From: Phycisphaeraceae bacterium
GTDB lineage: Bacteria > Planctomycetota > Phycisphaerae > Phycisphaerales > Phycisphaeraceae
Assembly (NCBI GenBank): GCA_963674705.1
Contig: OY771506.1
Coordinates: 1,376,001-1,440,000, forward strand
Length of the DNA stretch: 64,000 nucleotides
Direction of reading: 5' to 3'
Within the stretch, counting starts at the first letter, position 1; every line of letters starts with the position of its first letter. A program made the position numbers and the translations under genes. Shown piece by piece: positions 37,340 through 48,332 of this stretch. The notes below the pieces were generated by a model. That model saw only the letters and a program-made list of their open reading frames with translations, was not told the origin of the DNA and did no database searches.

Positions 37340-37963
37340 ATGCGATACCTGGCGGTTGTGCTGTTGTTGGTGGGTCTGGGTCTGTCGATCGTGTGGAACC
37401 CGGGCCAGGTAGCCCAGGCTTATCCCGAGCCCGAGATCGTCAGCCCGTCATGGTCGCTGGACATCACCATCCAGAAGCCCGATGCGATTTCCATTGAAGA
37501 TGTCGATGGCACGGTCCGCTGGTTCTGGTACATGCCTTACAAGGTCGTGAACAACACCAACGAAGACCTGCTGTTCATCCCCGAGATCACCATCGCCAAC
37601 GACCTGGGCCAGATCATCAACGCCGGCCAGGATGTCCCGCCCACCGTCTTCCCCGCGATCAAAGACCGCTTGGGCAACCCGCTGCTGCTGAGCCCCGTCG
37701 AAGTCGTCGGCAAGTTATTACAGGGTGAAGACTTTGCCCGTGAAGGCGTCGCCATCTGGCCCGCCCCCGCCGGCGACGTCGATGCCTTCAGCGTCTTCAT
37801 TGCCGGGCTCAACGGCGAAACGCAAAACGCGACCAACCCAGTCACCGGCGAGTCCGTCCTTGTCCGCCGCACACTCATGCTCGAATACATCACACCCGGT
37901 AACTTCGATCGCCCCCAGGAACAACAGATCATCGAAGTCAGCCGCAAAGAAGTCATGCGGTAA
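37340..37963 (+). CDS. Exported hypothetical protein
   Basis: Signal peptide (AQA|YP), GAGG RBS, strong codon bias. Confidence 0.75.
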   Translation: MRYLAVVLLLVGLGLSIVWNPGQVAQAYPEPEIVSPSWSLDITIQKPDAISIEDVDGTVRWFWYMPYKVVNNTNEDLLFIPEITIANDLGQIINAGQDVPPTVFPAIKDRLGNPLLLSPVEVVGKLLQGEDFAREGVAIWPAPAGDVDAFSVFIAGLNGETQNATNPVTGESVLVRRTLMLEYITPGNFDRPQEQQIIEVSRKEVMR

Positions 37964-37964
37964 A

Positions 37965-38070
37965 GAAAAACTGGAAATCTAGAAAACTGGAAAGCTGGAA
38001 ATAAAAACCAGCGATCGGTTTTTCTAGGCCTTATTTCCAGTTTTCTAGCTTTCCAGCTTTCCAGTTTTTC
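37965..38070. repeat. Inverted (CTGGAAAG)-type octamer arms between convergent genes
   Basis: Arms at 37965-38004 and 38031-38070, each abutting a stop codon. Confidence 0.85.
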
Positions 38071-38962
38071 ACTTCACATCACAAACCAGCACCCGCGGCA
38101 ACCTCTCATGGTCCGCCAGAACATGCACGTTTTCCCACGCGCCCGTCGCCTCCGCCAGTTTGATCAGTTCTTTTTTCTGACTCGCCGCGCCCTCAAGCAC
38201 CAGTTGACCGGGATCATCCAGCAACGGCCGACTCTTTTCAATCAGTTCCCGCAGGTATAACAGGCCGTCCCCGCCGCCACGCAACGCACTCTCCGGCTCA
38301 TAATCCTTGACGTTCGGCTCAACGTCTTTCCACTCCGCATCGCTGATGTATGGCGGGTTACTCACCAGGTACCGCAGCCGTTCGTTTTTAATCGGTTCCA
38401 GCAGATCGCCTTGTCGAAACTCAATCCTGTCCGCGACGCCCTGGTCTTTTGCGTTTTGTCGCGCTGTCTCCAGCGCTGCCTCGCTGATATCCGTCGCGAT
38501 GATTCGGCTGTTGGATACATGCTTCGCCAGTGCGATCGCGATCGCGCCGCTGCCCGTTCCAACGTCCGCAATCAACGGGCTGTGAAACCCCGGCGTCCGC
38601 CTCGCATGCTGGATCACATGCTCGACCAGCGTCTCCGTACTCGGCCGCGGGATCAGCACGCTCGGGTTCACGTTCAACATCATCGACATGAACGGGCTGC
38701 GTCCGACCAGGTAGTCCACCGGCTCGTGCTTGGCTGCACGTTCGACCAGCGCCCTAAACGTCGCACGCTCCAACTCATTGGCCGGCCTGTCCAGGTCCAT
38801 GTACAGCTTCAGCCGGTCCACTCCCAGCACATGTGCAAGCAACATCTCCGTCGCCAGACGCGGATTGTCTACGCCCTTCTGACCAAGATGCTGGCCCGTC
38901 CACGCCATCAGTCGACGGGTCGTCCAGGTCGTGTTGTCGGTGGTTCGCCTCGGCACGCCCAT
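38069..38962 (-). CDS. prmC: Release factor glutamine methyltransferase
   Basis: VLIPRPSTE, DVGTGSGAIA, SNPPY. Confidence 0.92.
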   Translation of the reverse strand: MGVPRRTTDNTTWTTRRLMAWTGQHLGQKGVDNPRLATEMLLAHVLGVDRLKLYMDLDRPANELERATFRALVERAAKHEPVDYLVGRSPFMSMMLNVNPSVLIPRPSTETLVEHVIQHARRTPGFHSPLIADVGTGSGAIAIALAKHVSNSRIIATDISEAALETARQNAKDQGVADRIEFRQGDLLEPIKNERLRYLVSNPPYISDAEWKDVEPNVKDYEPESALRGGGDGLLYLRELIEKSRPLLDDPGQLVLEGAASQKKELIKLAEATGAWENVHVLADHERLPRVLVCDVK

Positions 38963-39039
38963 GATTCTACCCGCCAAACCCCACGACACGCGAAGTGCCC
39001 CACTTGGAGCATCGCCCCTCCTCGCGTAGCATCAACAAT

Positions 39040-40122
39040 ATGTACGCCGCACTGCTGACCAACATGGCCTGGCTCGACGAGGAACTTATCCCCTTCCAGC
39101 ACCTGGTCGTCGGCCTGATCGATGAACGCGTCCGCGTCGCGCAGGTCGTGCCCGTCGGCGTTTCCTCAGATGACCTGTCCGGCTTCGGCGACCACATCTT
39201 CTGGCAAGAGTCACGCATCCCCTTCATGAACCGCTACCGCGTCGCCGCGCTCGACGATATCTTCACCAACCTCGGCATCGACCTCATCCACGCCATGGAC
39301 GGCCGACTCTGGCGCGGCGCGCTCAAACTCGCCGACACGCTCAACCTCCCCGCCGTGCTCAGCGCCAACTCCGTCATGGATATCAAACTCGCGCATCACC
39401 TGCTGCCCTCGCTCGACCCCGCGAGATTCGCCGTCACCGCCGCTACCGCTCCACTTACCAAAGCCATCCACGAACACGCACCCGAAGGCATGCTCATGCA
39501 GACCGTCGGCACCGGCGCCCACACGCACGAGGCCGAACCGCCCACCATCAGCAGCGAACAAGCTCTCTGCGTCATCGTCTCCGGCAACGGCGTCATGGAT
39601 GAATACTACGAGTCGCTGCTCGCAGGCATGGCTGAATTCGTTCAGCACCATCCCGCGACGCAGTTCTTTTTCGACGGCCAAGGCAGCACCCAACACGAAC
39701 TCTGGAAAGCAGCCCGCGCATTAGGCCTGCTCGGCAACATCTCACTCATCCCAAGACGCCTCGGCCACCGCGAAATGCTTCTCAAGTCCCACGCACTGAT
39801 CCACCCCCAACCGCTCGGCCGATCAAGAAGCCTCACCCTACGCGCTATGGCGCGCGGCCTGCCCGTCATCGTCCATCACGATCCTTACCTCGATTACCTG
39901 ATCGACGGCAAAACCGCCGCCGTCCTCGACGATCCCACCCCAAAGGACTGGACCAACGTCCTTAGCCGCATGGTCAACCAACCCCACACCGCCGCCGAAC
40001 TCGGCCGAACCGCCCGACAGTGGATCAAACAAAACCGCCCCATCTCCCACCAGGTCAACGGCATCCTCGACACCTACCGCCGCCTCACCGGCCAAACAAT
40101 TGAATTCAAACCCCAACCCTGA
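39040..40122 (+). CDS. GT-B fold glycosyltransferase-like protein (degenerate)
   Basis: LRAMARGLPVI C-terminal motif; lacks the canonical EX7E. Confidence 0.6.
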   Translation: MYAALLTNMAWLDEELIPFQHLVVGLIDERVRVAQVVPVGVSSDDLSGFGDHIFWQESRIPFMNRYRVAALDDIFTNLGIDLIHAMDGRLWRGALKLADTLNLPAVLSANSVMDIKLAHHLLPSLDPARFAVTAATAPLTKAIHEHAPEGMLMQTVGTGAHTHEAEPPTISSEQALCVIVSGNGVMDEYYESLLAGMAEFVQHHPATQFFFDGQGSTQHELWKAARALGLLGNISLIPRRLGHREMLLKSHALIHPQPLGRSRSLTLRAMARGLPVIVHHDPYLDYLIDGKTAAVLDDPTPKDWTNVLSRMVNQPHTAAELGRTARQWIKQNRPISHQVNGILDTYRRLTGQTIEFKPQP

Positions 40123-40323
40123 CCCCCGCACGCCTTACCCCCTCTCCCCGCGGAGCCCCGGAAAGGGCCTGGGTAAGGGCCGGATTGATTACGTATTCAA
40201 TTCAAACACAAATGCCTCAATGCCCGGTCATACTTCCGGGGGCCCGCAGGGCTTTGGCCGGGGTCGCCTTCTAATCCGTAAATCCCCGTAAAACAAATAA
40301 AACTTGCCCTCTTCTCTCCAAAT

Positions 40324-40359
40324 AAAAAAAGACCGGTCGGCTTGTTACACCGACCGGTC
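40324..40359 (-). terminator. Intrinsic terminator after the MCP gene
   Basis: GACCGGTCGG stem followed by T7. Confidence 0.75.
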
Positions 40360-40397
40360 GGGGGGTAGTGGGGGCAATCTATTTAAGAACGAGACAA

Positions 40398-42764
40398 CTA
40401 CAGTTTGAACGTCGATACCAACGCCTGTAATTGCTCTGCCTTAGTCGAAAGTTGTGTTGCGGCCGTGGCCGACTGCGTCGCGCTTTCGGCGCTCTGGTTC
40501 GTGACAGCACTCACCGATTGCACGCCGTGACTCACCTCTTCGCTCGCCGCTGACTGCTGCTCCGCCGCCGCCGCGATCGAGCGGATCATCTCCGCCACTT
40601 CATGAGCACCTGTCACGATCTGGTCCAGGCTCTGGCCTGCCTGCGACGCCTTTTCAACACCGATCTTCACCTGCTCAATACCGGCATTCATCCGCTGCAC
40701 AGCCTGGTCGGTTTCCGTCTGTATCGAGGTGATCGAATCGCTGATCTCTTCGGTGGCGTTCGTCGTGCGATCCGCCAGCTTGCGTACCTCATCCGCGACC
40801 ACCGCGAAACCTCGGCCGTGCTCGCCGGCGCGGGCCGCCTCAATCGCCGCGTTCAACGCCAGCAGGTTCGTCTGATCGGCAATATCGTTGATTACCTCGA
40901 TGATCTGGCCGATCTGCTCGCCGCGCTTGCCCAATTCAGACACGCTCATCGCGCTGGCGTTCACCGCTTCGCTGATCTCGTTCATCCCTTCAATCGTCTC
41001 GTTGACCACGCGCCCGCCTTCCTGCGCGGTATTGCCCGAAGACTGCGCGTTCTCCGCCGCCTCCGAACTCTTGCGGGCCACCTCGACGATCGACGATGAC
41101 ATCTCCTCAATAGCCGAACTGATCTGCGTCACCTGCTGGTTCTGCTCGCTGATGCCTTGGGCCATCTCTTCGCTGCTCGCCGCGATCTCGGTCGCAGCGC
41201 CCGCGACCTCGTTCGCCGCCTCGCCGACCTCGGACACCAGGCGATGGATCTTTTCAACGAACGTGTTGAACCACTTGCCTAACTCGCCCAGCTCATCCTT
41301 GCGATCCTGATCGACGCGCTGCGTCAGGTCGCCTTCACCTTCTGCAATATCCTTCAAACGGTCGACCACACTGGCGATACCCTTCGTCACCGTGCGGATC
41401 AACACGATACTCACGCCCAGCGCCACCACCACCGCTATCACGCTGATGAGGATGGCCTTGAACTGGCTCGCCTTCGCGTTGCTGTCCATCGTGGACTGCA
41501 GTTCACTCTGCTGCTCGCCCATCACGCTTACCAGGTCGTCCGCCGTCGCAGCGATCTTCGGCCCGATCTGATCCAGTTGATTCAAAACAATATCATTGCG
41601 CTGATTCAACAACTCGATCAATCGCTCCACACGGGCCGCGTAAAAATCGTAACCGCCCTTCGCTTCAGCTAACCACTTCAACCGCACCGGGTTCTCCACG
41701 CTGGTTTCAAGCACGCCAAGATCCGCCTCGCCGCTCTGCAGATACTCGATCGCAGCTTTCGCATCGTTCTGATCGCTTGTTCGCAGGAACTTCATCACGT
41801 TCACACGCGCCAGCGCCAGCTTCTCCAGTGTGTTGGCGGCGTCCAGCGACGTTTCCATGTCGCCGTCCTGCTTGGCCGTCTTGATGATCGCCTGCAGCAG
41901 TTCCGTCAGCCGCGCACCCGTTGGGTTCATCTGGCTCGCCACGATGCCGTTGCGTTCATCGATGACACCGACGACATCAGCAAAATGTGATTCATACGAA
42001 TCAACCATCTCGAGAATCTCATTGATCCGCTTAAGACGCTCGCCGTCTTCTTCCCCGGCCTTCGCCGCCGCGAGCTTCGCCTCCGCGTTTGCCAGGTAAT
42101 CCGAGTACTGCTGCAGGTCCAGGTCTGAATTCGTGATCAGAAAATCCTTCACGTTCATCCGTACCATCAGCACATCGCGCTGAAGCAGCCCGATCAGGCC
42201 CGACTTGTTCGCGATATCCGCATACTGGCGTGAATCCATCGTGTTCTGGTTCTGCGATGAAATCGCGATCGTACTCACCAGTAGGATCAGCCCGGCCATC
42301 ACGCCCATGCTCGAACAAAGCTTCGCACCCAGCGTAAAGCCGCGCCGCGTCTCGCCGTTGCCGCTCTTGATGCTCGCAAGCTTCAGGCTCATCAGCACCG
42401 TTATCACGAACGTGCCCACGATCACCGACCAGAACACGTAAACCATCGTCGAAGACACCGCCTCGACCTCATGCTTCTGGACCGCATCCGCCTTCCCCGC
42501 CTCGGCCCCGAACGCCGCACGCTCCGCCACTGCAATCGTCGGCTCAGCAAACTGCCCCGCCGTGCCCAACTGCGCCGCCAGCACATTCAACTCCCCGGAC
42601 CCGCCCGCATGCTGAACATACGCCGCGTCCGCGCCGCCGCTCTTCGCAGCGCCGGGCAATGACTGCTCCGCATACGCCGACGACGTGAATATCAGTGTGA
42701 TCAAGAAAGTTGAGATACACCAGACGATCGCAGAACCGCGTTTGTTCGTTGCGCACTTTAACAT
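40398..42764 (-). CDS. Methyl-accepting chemotaxis protein
   Basis: HAMP (GEGDLT...DELGEL), [40 protein letters not shown] 42764 behind GGAGG. Confidence 0.93.
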   Translation of the reverse strand: MLKCATNKRGSAIVWCISTFLITLIFTSSAYAEQSLPGAAKSGGADAAYVQHAGGSGELNVLAAQLGTAGQFAEPTIAVAERAAFGAEAGKADAVQKHEVEAVSSTMVYVFWSVIVGTFVITVLMSLKLASIKSGNGETRRGFTLGAKLCSSMGVMAGLILLVSTIAISSQNQNTMDSRQYADIANKSGLIGLLQRDVLMVRMNVKDFLITNSDLDLQQYSDYLANAEAKLAAAKAGEEDGERLKRINEILEMVDSYESHFADVVGVIDERNGIVASQMNPTGARLTELLQAIIKTAKQDGDMETSLDAANTLEKLALARVNVMKFLRTSDQNDAKAAIEYLQSGEADLGVLETSVENPVRLKWLAEAKGGYDFYAARVERLIELLNQRNDIVLNQLDQIGPKIAATADDLVSVMGEQQSELQSTMDSNAKASQFKAILISVIAVVVALGVSIVLIRTVTKGIASVVDRLKDIAEGEGDLTQRVDQDRKDELGELGKWFNTFVEKIHRLVSEVGEAANEVAGAATEIAASSEEMAQGISEQNQQVTQISSAIEEMSSSIVEVARKSSEAAENAQSSGNTAQEGGRVVNETIEGMNEISEAVNASAMSVSELGKRGEQIGQIIEVINDIADQTNLLALNAAIEAARAGEHGRGFAVVADEVRKLADRTTNATEEISDSITSIQTETDQAVQRMNAGIEQVKIGVEKASQAGQSLDQIVTGAHEVAEMIRSIAAAAEQQSAASEEVSHGVQSVSAVTNQSAESATQSATAATQLSTKAEQLQALVSTFKL

Positions 42765-43544
42765 CGCTGACCTCCATAGCCCTGTATCAACCGCCACATG
42801 CAAACATGAGCATGTATTTCGTTCACGGATTACTCTGCTGGTTAATCGGTTTTGAATTGACAATGTTTAATCGCACTGCAAAGAAAAATCACGACCTTCT
42901 GCAAAGGGAATACCCGAAGTAAGACAAGCTTTTTATATGCAGTTCAAAATAGCCAGCGCGCCGCTGTTTGTTCAAAAACACCTTGTTTTACAGGGTATTT
43001 CTTTGCGAATGCGCGCAATACAAGTATTGTCGAAACAAAAACACACTTCGTTTTCAGTGAACAGAAATTAGATTAGTTTTTTGTGAATTGTCTTTTCTAC
43101 TCAGTCATTAAACAGGGTGTTGTGCGTCCGCGCTACGTAACTATCCCTACATATAAACCCCATCATCTCATCATGCATTACCAATTCTTCATCTTCCTCT
43201 TCACCCAATACCCGGCCATAACCCGCGCCGCTTTTGTCGGGGTTATCCCATATCTATTTAATATTCACTTCTGAATTTCCTTCACGCTCAACGCGCTTTC
43301 GTTATATAGAAAATCCCATCAATTGCGCAACTCGCCCCACTGATAAACGAAAGCGCACCAACCACCACCACCCAGCAACACCTACCCGCATTGCATCGCA
43401 ACGCGGTATCAATAATAAAAACACGTAGTGTCATCATGGTGCTATTGATCCACTCTCCCGCGGGGAGGGGGAGTAACCTTGAGGCGTTCCGCGCGTCCAT
43501 ATAGATCACTTCCCGCCCATGCATCAATAACATTGAAAGATATT

Positions 43545-43775
43545 AGCCATTAGCGATCAGAAATTAGCATTACCATTTTCTAACTACCAGCCACCAACCA
43601 CTGACCACCAACCACTAATCCCGACTTCAGATTGAACATCGAACATTGAACATTCAAGATACCCGGCCCTTCGCTTCGCTCAGAACCGGCGTTGGGGGGA
43701 GGAGGAGCCGTTAGCCTTTAGCCACTGGCCATCAGCACAAATCCTAAATCATCAATCCTAAATCATAAATCCCCA
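43545..43775 (+). repeat. Composite element copy
   Basis: TAGCCAT, CCAACCA, AACATTG, core hairpin and TAAATCA modules. Confidence 0.85.
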
Positions 43776-43827
43776 CCCCCTCCCAACTTTCCCTATCAGA
43801 CGCAACGTGTTAGCTTGTCTCGTCATC

Positions 43828-44730
43828 ATGAGTGACAAAGAAGTTCAAGCTGTAAACCCATCAACCATCTCCGTGATCCACACGGTTCAAGACATCCGCG
43901 CGCATCGTAAATCAATCCCCGGCAAGGTGGCACTCGTGCCGACGATGGGGGCGTTGCATGAGGGGCATCTTCAACACATCCGTAACTGCAAAAAGATCGC
44001 AGACCATGTCATCGTCAGCATCTTTGTGAACCCGACGCAGTTCAACGATTCGGATGACTTCAACAAGTATCCTCGCACGCTGGAGGCCGATGTCGCCAAG
44101 TGTGCAAGCGCGGGCGCGGACGCGGTGTTTGCGCCGGATGCGGATGAGATGTATCCGCCGACGCTGCTCAACGCAGCCGAGATCGATGTGCCGAAGGTCA
44201 CGTCGATCCTCGAAGGCGCGGATCGACCGGGGCATTTTCAAGGTGTCTGCCGTGTCGTTGTGAAGCTACTTAACATCGTGCAGCCGGACATCGCTTCGTT
44301 CGGGCGTAAGGATTATCAGCAGCTATGTGTTGTGCAGTCGGTCGTTGATGACCTGATGATGCCGGTGCAGATCGTGCACGTGCCGACGATCCGTGAGCCG
44401 GACGGCCTGGCGATGTCCAGCCGCAATGTCAGATTGAATGAAGCGGATCGCAAGCGCGCGGCCGGATTATTCAAAGCGCTGAACGCGGCCAAGCAAATGA
44501 TCGAACAGGATGGCGAAACCGATCCCGAGGCGGTCGAGCAGGCGATGATTTCGGTCATGCGTTCGCACCAGTTCGAGGTCGGTTACGCGGTGGTTCGTCA
44601 CCCGGTTTCGCTGGGTGAACTTTCGTGCATCGAGCCCGACCTAACCGGCGGGGTGATCGCGCTTCTGGCTGGGTCACTCGGGGGCGTCAGGCTCATCGAC
44701 AACATGCTCATTGGTGCGCACGAGGGTTAA
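43828..44730 (+). CDS. panC: Pantoate-beta-alanine ligase
   Basis: VPTMGALHEGH, FVNPTQF, GLAMSSRN, RLIDN. Confidence 0.96.
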   Translation: MSDKEVQAVNPSTISVIHTVQDIRAHRKSIPGKVALVPTMGALHEGHLQHIRNCKKIADHVIVSIFVNPTQFNDSDDFNKYPRTLEADVAKCASAGADAVFAPDADEMYPPTLLNAAEIDVPKVTSILEGADRPGHFQGVCRVVVKLLNIVQPDIASFGRKDYQQLCVVQSVVDDLMMPVQIVHVPTIREPDGLAMSSRNVRLNEADRKRAAGLFKALNAAKQMIEQDGETDPEAVEQAMISVMRSHQFEVGYAVVRHPVSLGELSCIEPDLTGGVIALLAGSLGGVRLIDNMLIGAHEG

Positions 44731-44807
44731 TCACGACAGGACCGTGCGCCCGGATAGTGGTGGATAACTTTTGATCGGATTGGGCGACCCCGTTTACGAG
44801 CCGGGAA

Positions 44808-45506
44808 TCAGGGTTCGGCGGGTTCGGGATTTTTCGCTTCGGACGCGTCCGTGCGCTCAGGGGCGGATTCGGCCTCTTTTTCGTCAGACTCGCTGTGTTT
44901 TTTGGCGCGCCTTTCTGCGCGCGCGTCGATCAGATGCTGCGGAAGCCGATGCGCGATCGGCGGCTCGGGCAGCGGCTCGACAATGCTCGGATCGCCCGTG
45001 ACGCGCCCGTCGTAGCGCGTGCTGGCGTCGCCGATGACCTGGTTCGGCCGGGGCCAAAGGTCGTAGTTGTACCGTGCTGTCTGGTCGGTCGGATAGGACA
45101 GATCGAAGACGGTATTAGGCGGGATCAGGCTCAGGTAATGGCCATCGGCCGAGGGCGCGTGGTTCAGGCTCAACTCGCCGGTCTGGTCGATGACCATGTA
45201 ATCCGGCTGATCGATGTATGCGGTAAACCCTGGTCGTCGCATCATATACTGCTGCGATAGCGGGGCACCGGCAGTGAGCCAGTTGCTGTCGGCATCGGTT
45301 CGGCGGTAGAGCGTGCCGGACTGGCCGTAGACGCTGATGCCTTGTTCAACGTACCGCAGGCTGGTGGCCCGCAGGTCGAGGTCGGCGACGGTCTGGTCAA
45401 CGGGCTCCCAGGCGACGGGCTGGCTGTCCTGGCCGAACGCTGAGCCCGAGGCGGCAAACTGGGCCACGAGCGTGAGGGCGAGCGTGTTTCGGCTGAACTT
45501 TGCCAT
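44808..45506 (-). CDS. Exported hypothetical protein
   Basis: Signal peptide (AFG|Q), typical codon usage. Confidence 0.65.
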   Translation of the reverse strand: MAKFSRNTLALTLVAQFAASGSAFGQDSQPVAWEPVDQTVADLDLRATSLRYVEQGISVYGQSGTLYRRTDADSNWLTAGAPLSQQYMMRRPGFTAYIDQPDYMVIDQTGELSLNHAPSADGHYLSLIPPNTVFDLSYPTDQTARYNYDLWPRPNQVIGDASTRYDGRVTGDPSIVEPLPEPPIAHRLPQHLIDARAERRAKKHSESDEKEAESAPERTDASEAKNPEPAEP

Positions 45507-45577
45507 GCGATGAACTCACCGATGTGAGCGGTGATGGGTCTGTAAGCTGTTATGTACGCCCTGGTTACGATTGGGGT

Positions 45578-46210
45578 TTACTTGGTTGCGTCTTCGGCTT
45601 CCTTGGCCTGGTCCGCTGCTTCATCCGCCATCTCGGCGGCTTCTTCAGCTTCCTTGACCTGGGCGGATTCCGTCGCTTCTTCCGTTTTCTCAGCGGCCTC
45701 GGGCTTCTCTTGCGCGGCCATGGACTGGGCCTTGGCTTCGGCGGCGGCCTCGGCGGCGACGGACTCGGGCGTCTCCATCACCGGGATCGGCGCCGCTTCC
45801 ACGGAGCCCGGCATCTCCGGAGCTGGACGGTAGTTAACGATGACACGCACGCGGGTACCGGTCAGGTCGACGCGGTCTGAATTGACCAGCACGCCTTTGC
45901 GGGATCGGCCGGTGTCGGCTGGCTGATCGTCAGCACGGTAAAGCTGCCAGTCAACCCAGCTCGGGGCGGTACCCATATCGCTGACGGTTGCCTGATCGAC
46001 ATTATTCTCGAAGTCCAGCACCAGGTTGTAGTTAACGGGGATATCCATCTCCCAGACCGATTCATTCTGGTACACGTCCAGCAGGGTGATGGTGGTCGGT
46101 CGGTGGATGGTGCTGCGGAACACGTGCTTATCGTTGGACTGGCAGCCAAAGTTGGCCAGCGTAAGGGTCAGAGCCAGCAGGATCATGAGGGCACGCTTGG
46201 AACTGAGCAT
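45578..46210 (-). CDS. Lipoprotein with A/E-rich tail
   Basis: Hydrophobic signal ending NFG|C; AAAGGA RBS. Confidence 0.7.
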   Translation of the reverse strand: MLSSKRALMILLALTLTLANFGCQSNDKHVFRSTIHRPTTITLLDVYQNESVWEMDIPVNYNLVLDFENNVDQATVSDMGTAPSWVDWQLYRADDQPADTGRSRKGVLVNSDRVDLTGTRVRVIVNYRPAPEMPGSVEAAPIPVMETPESVAAEAAAEAKAQSMAAQEKPEAAEKTEEATESAQVKEAEEAAEMADEAADQAKEAEDATK

Positions 46211-46390
46211 CGGTCGGGTCCTTTCAGTCAAATCGGGTCGGCCCGGCGCCGGGCCCGTCCATGGTCTACAGGTTACATACGATAATCCGAGCACGGCCGT
46301 TAAGCCAGCGCCCCTTTTCATGAGCAAGTCGGCGTACCGGTGCCGCTGGGTCCAGTACACGTGGTGCATTCCATACTATAGGACCAAGAC

Positions 46391-47416
46391 TTAGTACTTT
46401 TCGCGGTACTTCGACGGACTGATGCCCACCATCTTGTGGAAGGTGGCGGTGAAGTGTCCGTGGCTTGCGAATCCACAAAGGTTGGAGATTTCCCCAATCT
46501 GTTCACGGCTGGCGCGCAGCAACCACTTGGCGTGCTGCAGTTGCGTCCGCAGCAGGTAGTGCTTCGGGCTGATCAGCGCGAAGCGGCTGAACAAACGGTG
46601 GAAGTGGAACGGGCTGGTGTCGACAAACTCGGCCAGTTCGTTGAGGCCGGGCGTCTTCACGAAGTGATCGCTGAGGTAACCCATCGCGATCGCGGTGCGT
46701 TCATCTTCAACCAGACCAACCGCGGGCAGGTCGTCTTTTTCCGACGGACGCAGTTCGACATACAAGTGGCGCTGATCGATGCCGCGGCCTGCGCGGTTTC
46801 GGCAGAAGCAGATCCACGTTGCTTTGCCGTCGAGGTTCAGCGTCATCTCGTGCATGTCCTGATCTTTGATATCTTTCCAACGTTGATCGGCGACGGGTTG
46901 AAGCTGTTCGGCCAGGTCGTTGAGTATCTGTGGCGCCTTCAAGAACATCGCTTCGCAGCGCGGGTCGGCGTGGATGAGTCGGTTGTCTTCGCCGAGCAGA
47001 AGTCGGCAGAGGTCGGGTTCGCCGGTGTGATCGAACTGGCTGCGTACCATGCTCAGCGCGAGGTCGCCCTGCACGAGTTCGCTATCGGAAAATTCACGTG
47101 TTTTTCGGCCCAAAGCGAGGTACCAGAATCGTTCGGCGCCGTTGACCGCCGGCTGCATGAAGATGGCGGCATGTTTTGAGGTAGCCAGCGCGGGCCCGGA
47201 GCCGTTCCTTGCATGTTTACCAGTGGCGACGCCTTTCTTCCCTGCTTCGCGCAGCAACGTGTCGCCCTGGCAACCACGTTTGCACCAGTCGATCACTTCG
47301 GCGCCCTTCGGGCCGAGGATGGATAACAACTCGTCGGGTTTGGGTTGACAAGGATGGATGACGCCCAGCACCAACGCATCGACACCGAGGTCGCGTTTGA
47401 GATTGTTGGCGTACAT
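46391..47416 (-). CDS. AraC family transcriptional regulator
   Basis: SPFHFHRLF, CGFASHGHFTATFHKMVGISPSKYR; true start may lie further upstream. Confidence 0.85.
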   Translation of the reverse strand: MYANNLKRDLGVDALVLGVIHPCQPKPDELLSILGPKGAEVIDWCKRGCQGDTLLREAGKKGVATGKHARNGSGPALATSKHAAIFMQPAVNGAERFWYLALGRKTREFSDSELVQGDLALSMVRSQFDHTGEPDLCRLLLGEDNRLIHADPRCEAMFLKAPQILNDLAEQLQPVADQRWKDIKDQDMHEMTLNLDGKATWICFCRNRAGRGIDQRHLYVELRPSEKDDLPAVGLVEDERTAIAMGYLSDHFVKTPGLNELAEFVDTSPFHFHRLFSRFALISPKHYLLRTQLQHAKWLLRASREQIGEISNLCGFASHGHFTATFHKMVGISPSKYREKY

Positions 47417-47666
47417 ACCGGGACCTTCGCGCCAAGGCACAACCGCCCCTGAAGAACTGTCCGATGAAAGTGACTTCACGTGAATACCCTCTAAGTGACA
47501 CACAAGCCCACACGCTGCTTACGGCAAGCAGACATTGGTAGGACAGAGGGGGTTCGTTGCGACGAATTTCGAGAGCGAAATATAGCCACCCCCCCGAAAT
47601 CCATATGAAACTTTAGCCAGAATTCATAAATCCCACAACTCTTATTATGGTTTTTCGGCAATAAAT

Positions 47667-48191
47667 TTACGAATTTGTCTGCCAGGGTCCGGTATCGTCG
47701 GCGGGTTGTTCAACACGCCAGCGCAGGCCGTCGCGGCAGTCGATATGTGCCATGAAAAAATGACGGCGGTAGCGCCAGAACAATGGCCAGATTACATACC
47801 GGTCGGTTTCGGGGATAGATAGTTGACTGATAGTGTTTTGGGTGTGCCACTCGAGTACGCCTTCGTCCATCTCGCCGGCGGTCACATTTGCGGGATGAAT
47901 TAATTCGTATAAATACATCAGCCAATGAGACTGGTTTTCATACCCGGTTTCGGAAATGATGCCGGTCAGATGCAGATCGCCAGGGGTAATCACCAGCCCG
48001 GTTTCTTCGAATACTTCTCGGATAGCACACGCGGTCGGGCTTTCGCCGTCCGCCATTTCGAGCTTGCCGCCGATCGGTGAATAGAGGTCCTGATTCGGCT
48101 GTTTTTTCCGATGTAACAGCAATACATTGCCCTGCTCGTCGAAGAGGTAACAGAGGACGGCGATCTTGTAGGGCAAGGATTTGTCGGGCAT
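47667..48191 (-). CDS. NUDIX hydrolase (MutT-like)
   Basis: GGKLE...GESPTACAIREVFEETG. Confidence 0.85.
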   Translation of the reverse strand: MPDKSLPYKIAVLCYLFDEQGNVLLLHRKKQPNQDLYSPIGGKLEMADGESPTACAIREVFEETGLVITPGDLHLTGIISETGYENQSHWLMYLYELIHPANVTAGEMDEGVLEWHTQNTISQLSIPETDRYVIWPLFWRYRRHFFMAHIDCRDGLRWRVEQPADDTGPWQTNS

Positions 48192-48197
48192 TCTGCA

Positions 48198-48330
48198 GGG
48201 TGTGGGGTGTAGGGTGTAGGGTAGGAATTAGGATTTTATTTTTCCCAACGCCGGTCCTGAGCGCAGCGAAGGGGCGGGTATCTTTGTGTTGTATCGGCAG
48301 AGGCGCGCGAGCCGGCGGCTCGCGGCTAGG
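48198..48330 (-). repeat. Inverted composite element copy plus REP hairpin
   Basis: GGGTGTA units, core hairpin 48244-48283, and ggcgcgcgagccggcggctcgcggcta (also at 53323-53350). Confidence 0.8.
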
Positions 48331-48332
48331 GC

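Noticed and set aside
43430..43535. Possible structured ncRNA (TATTGAT...ATCAATA ends)
   Set aside because: Pairing is short and no family is recognisable; insufficient support
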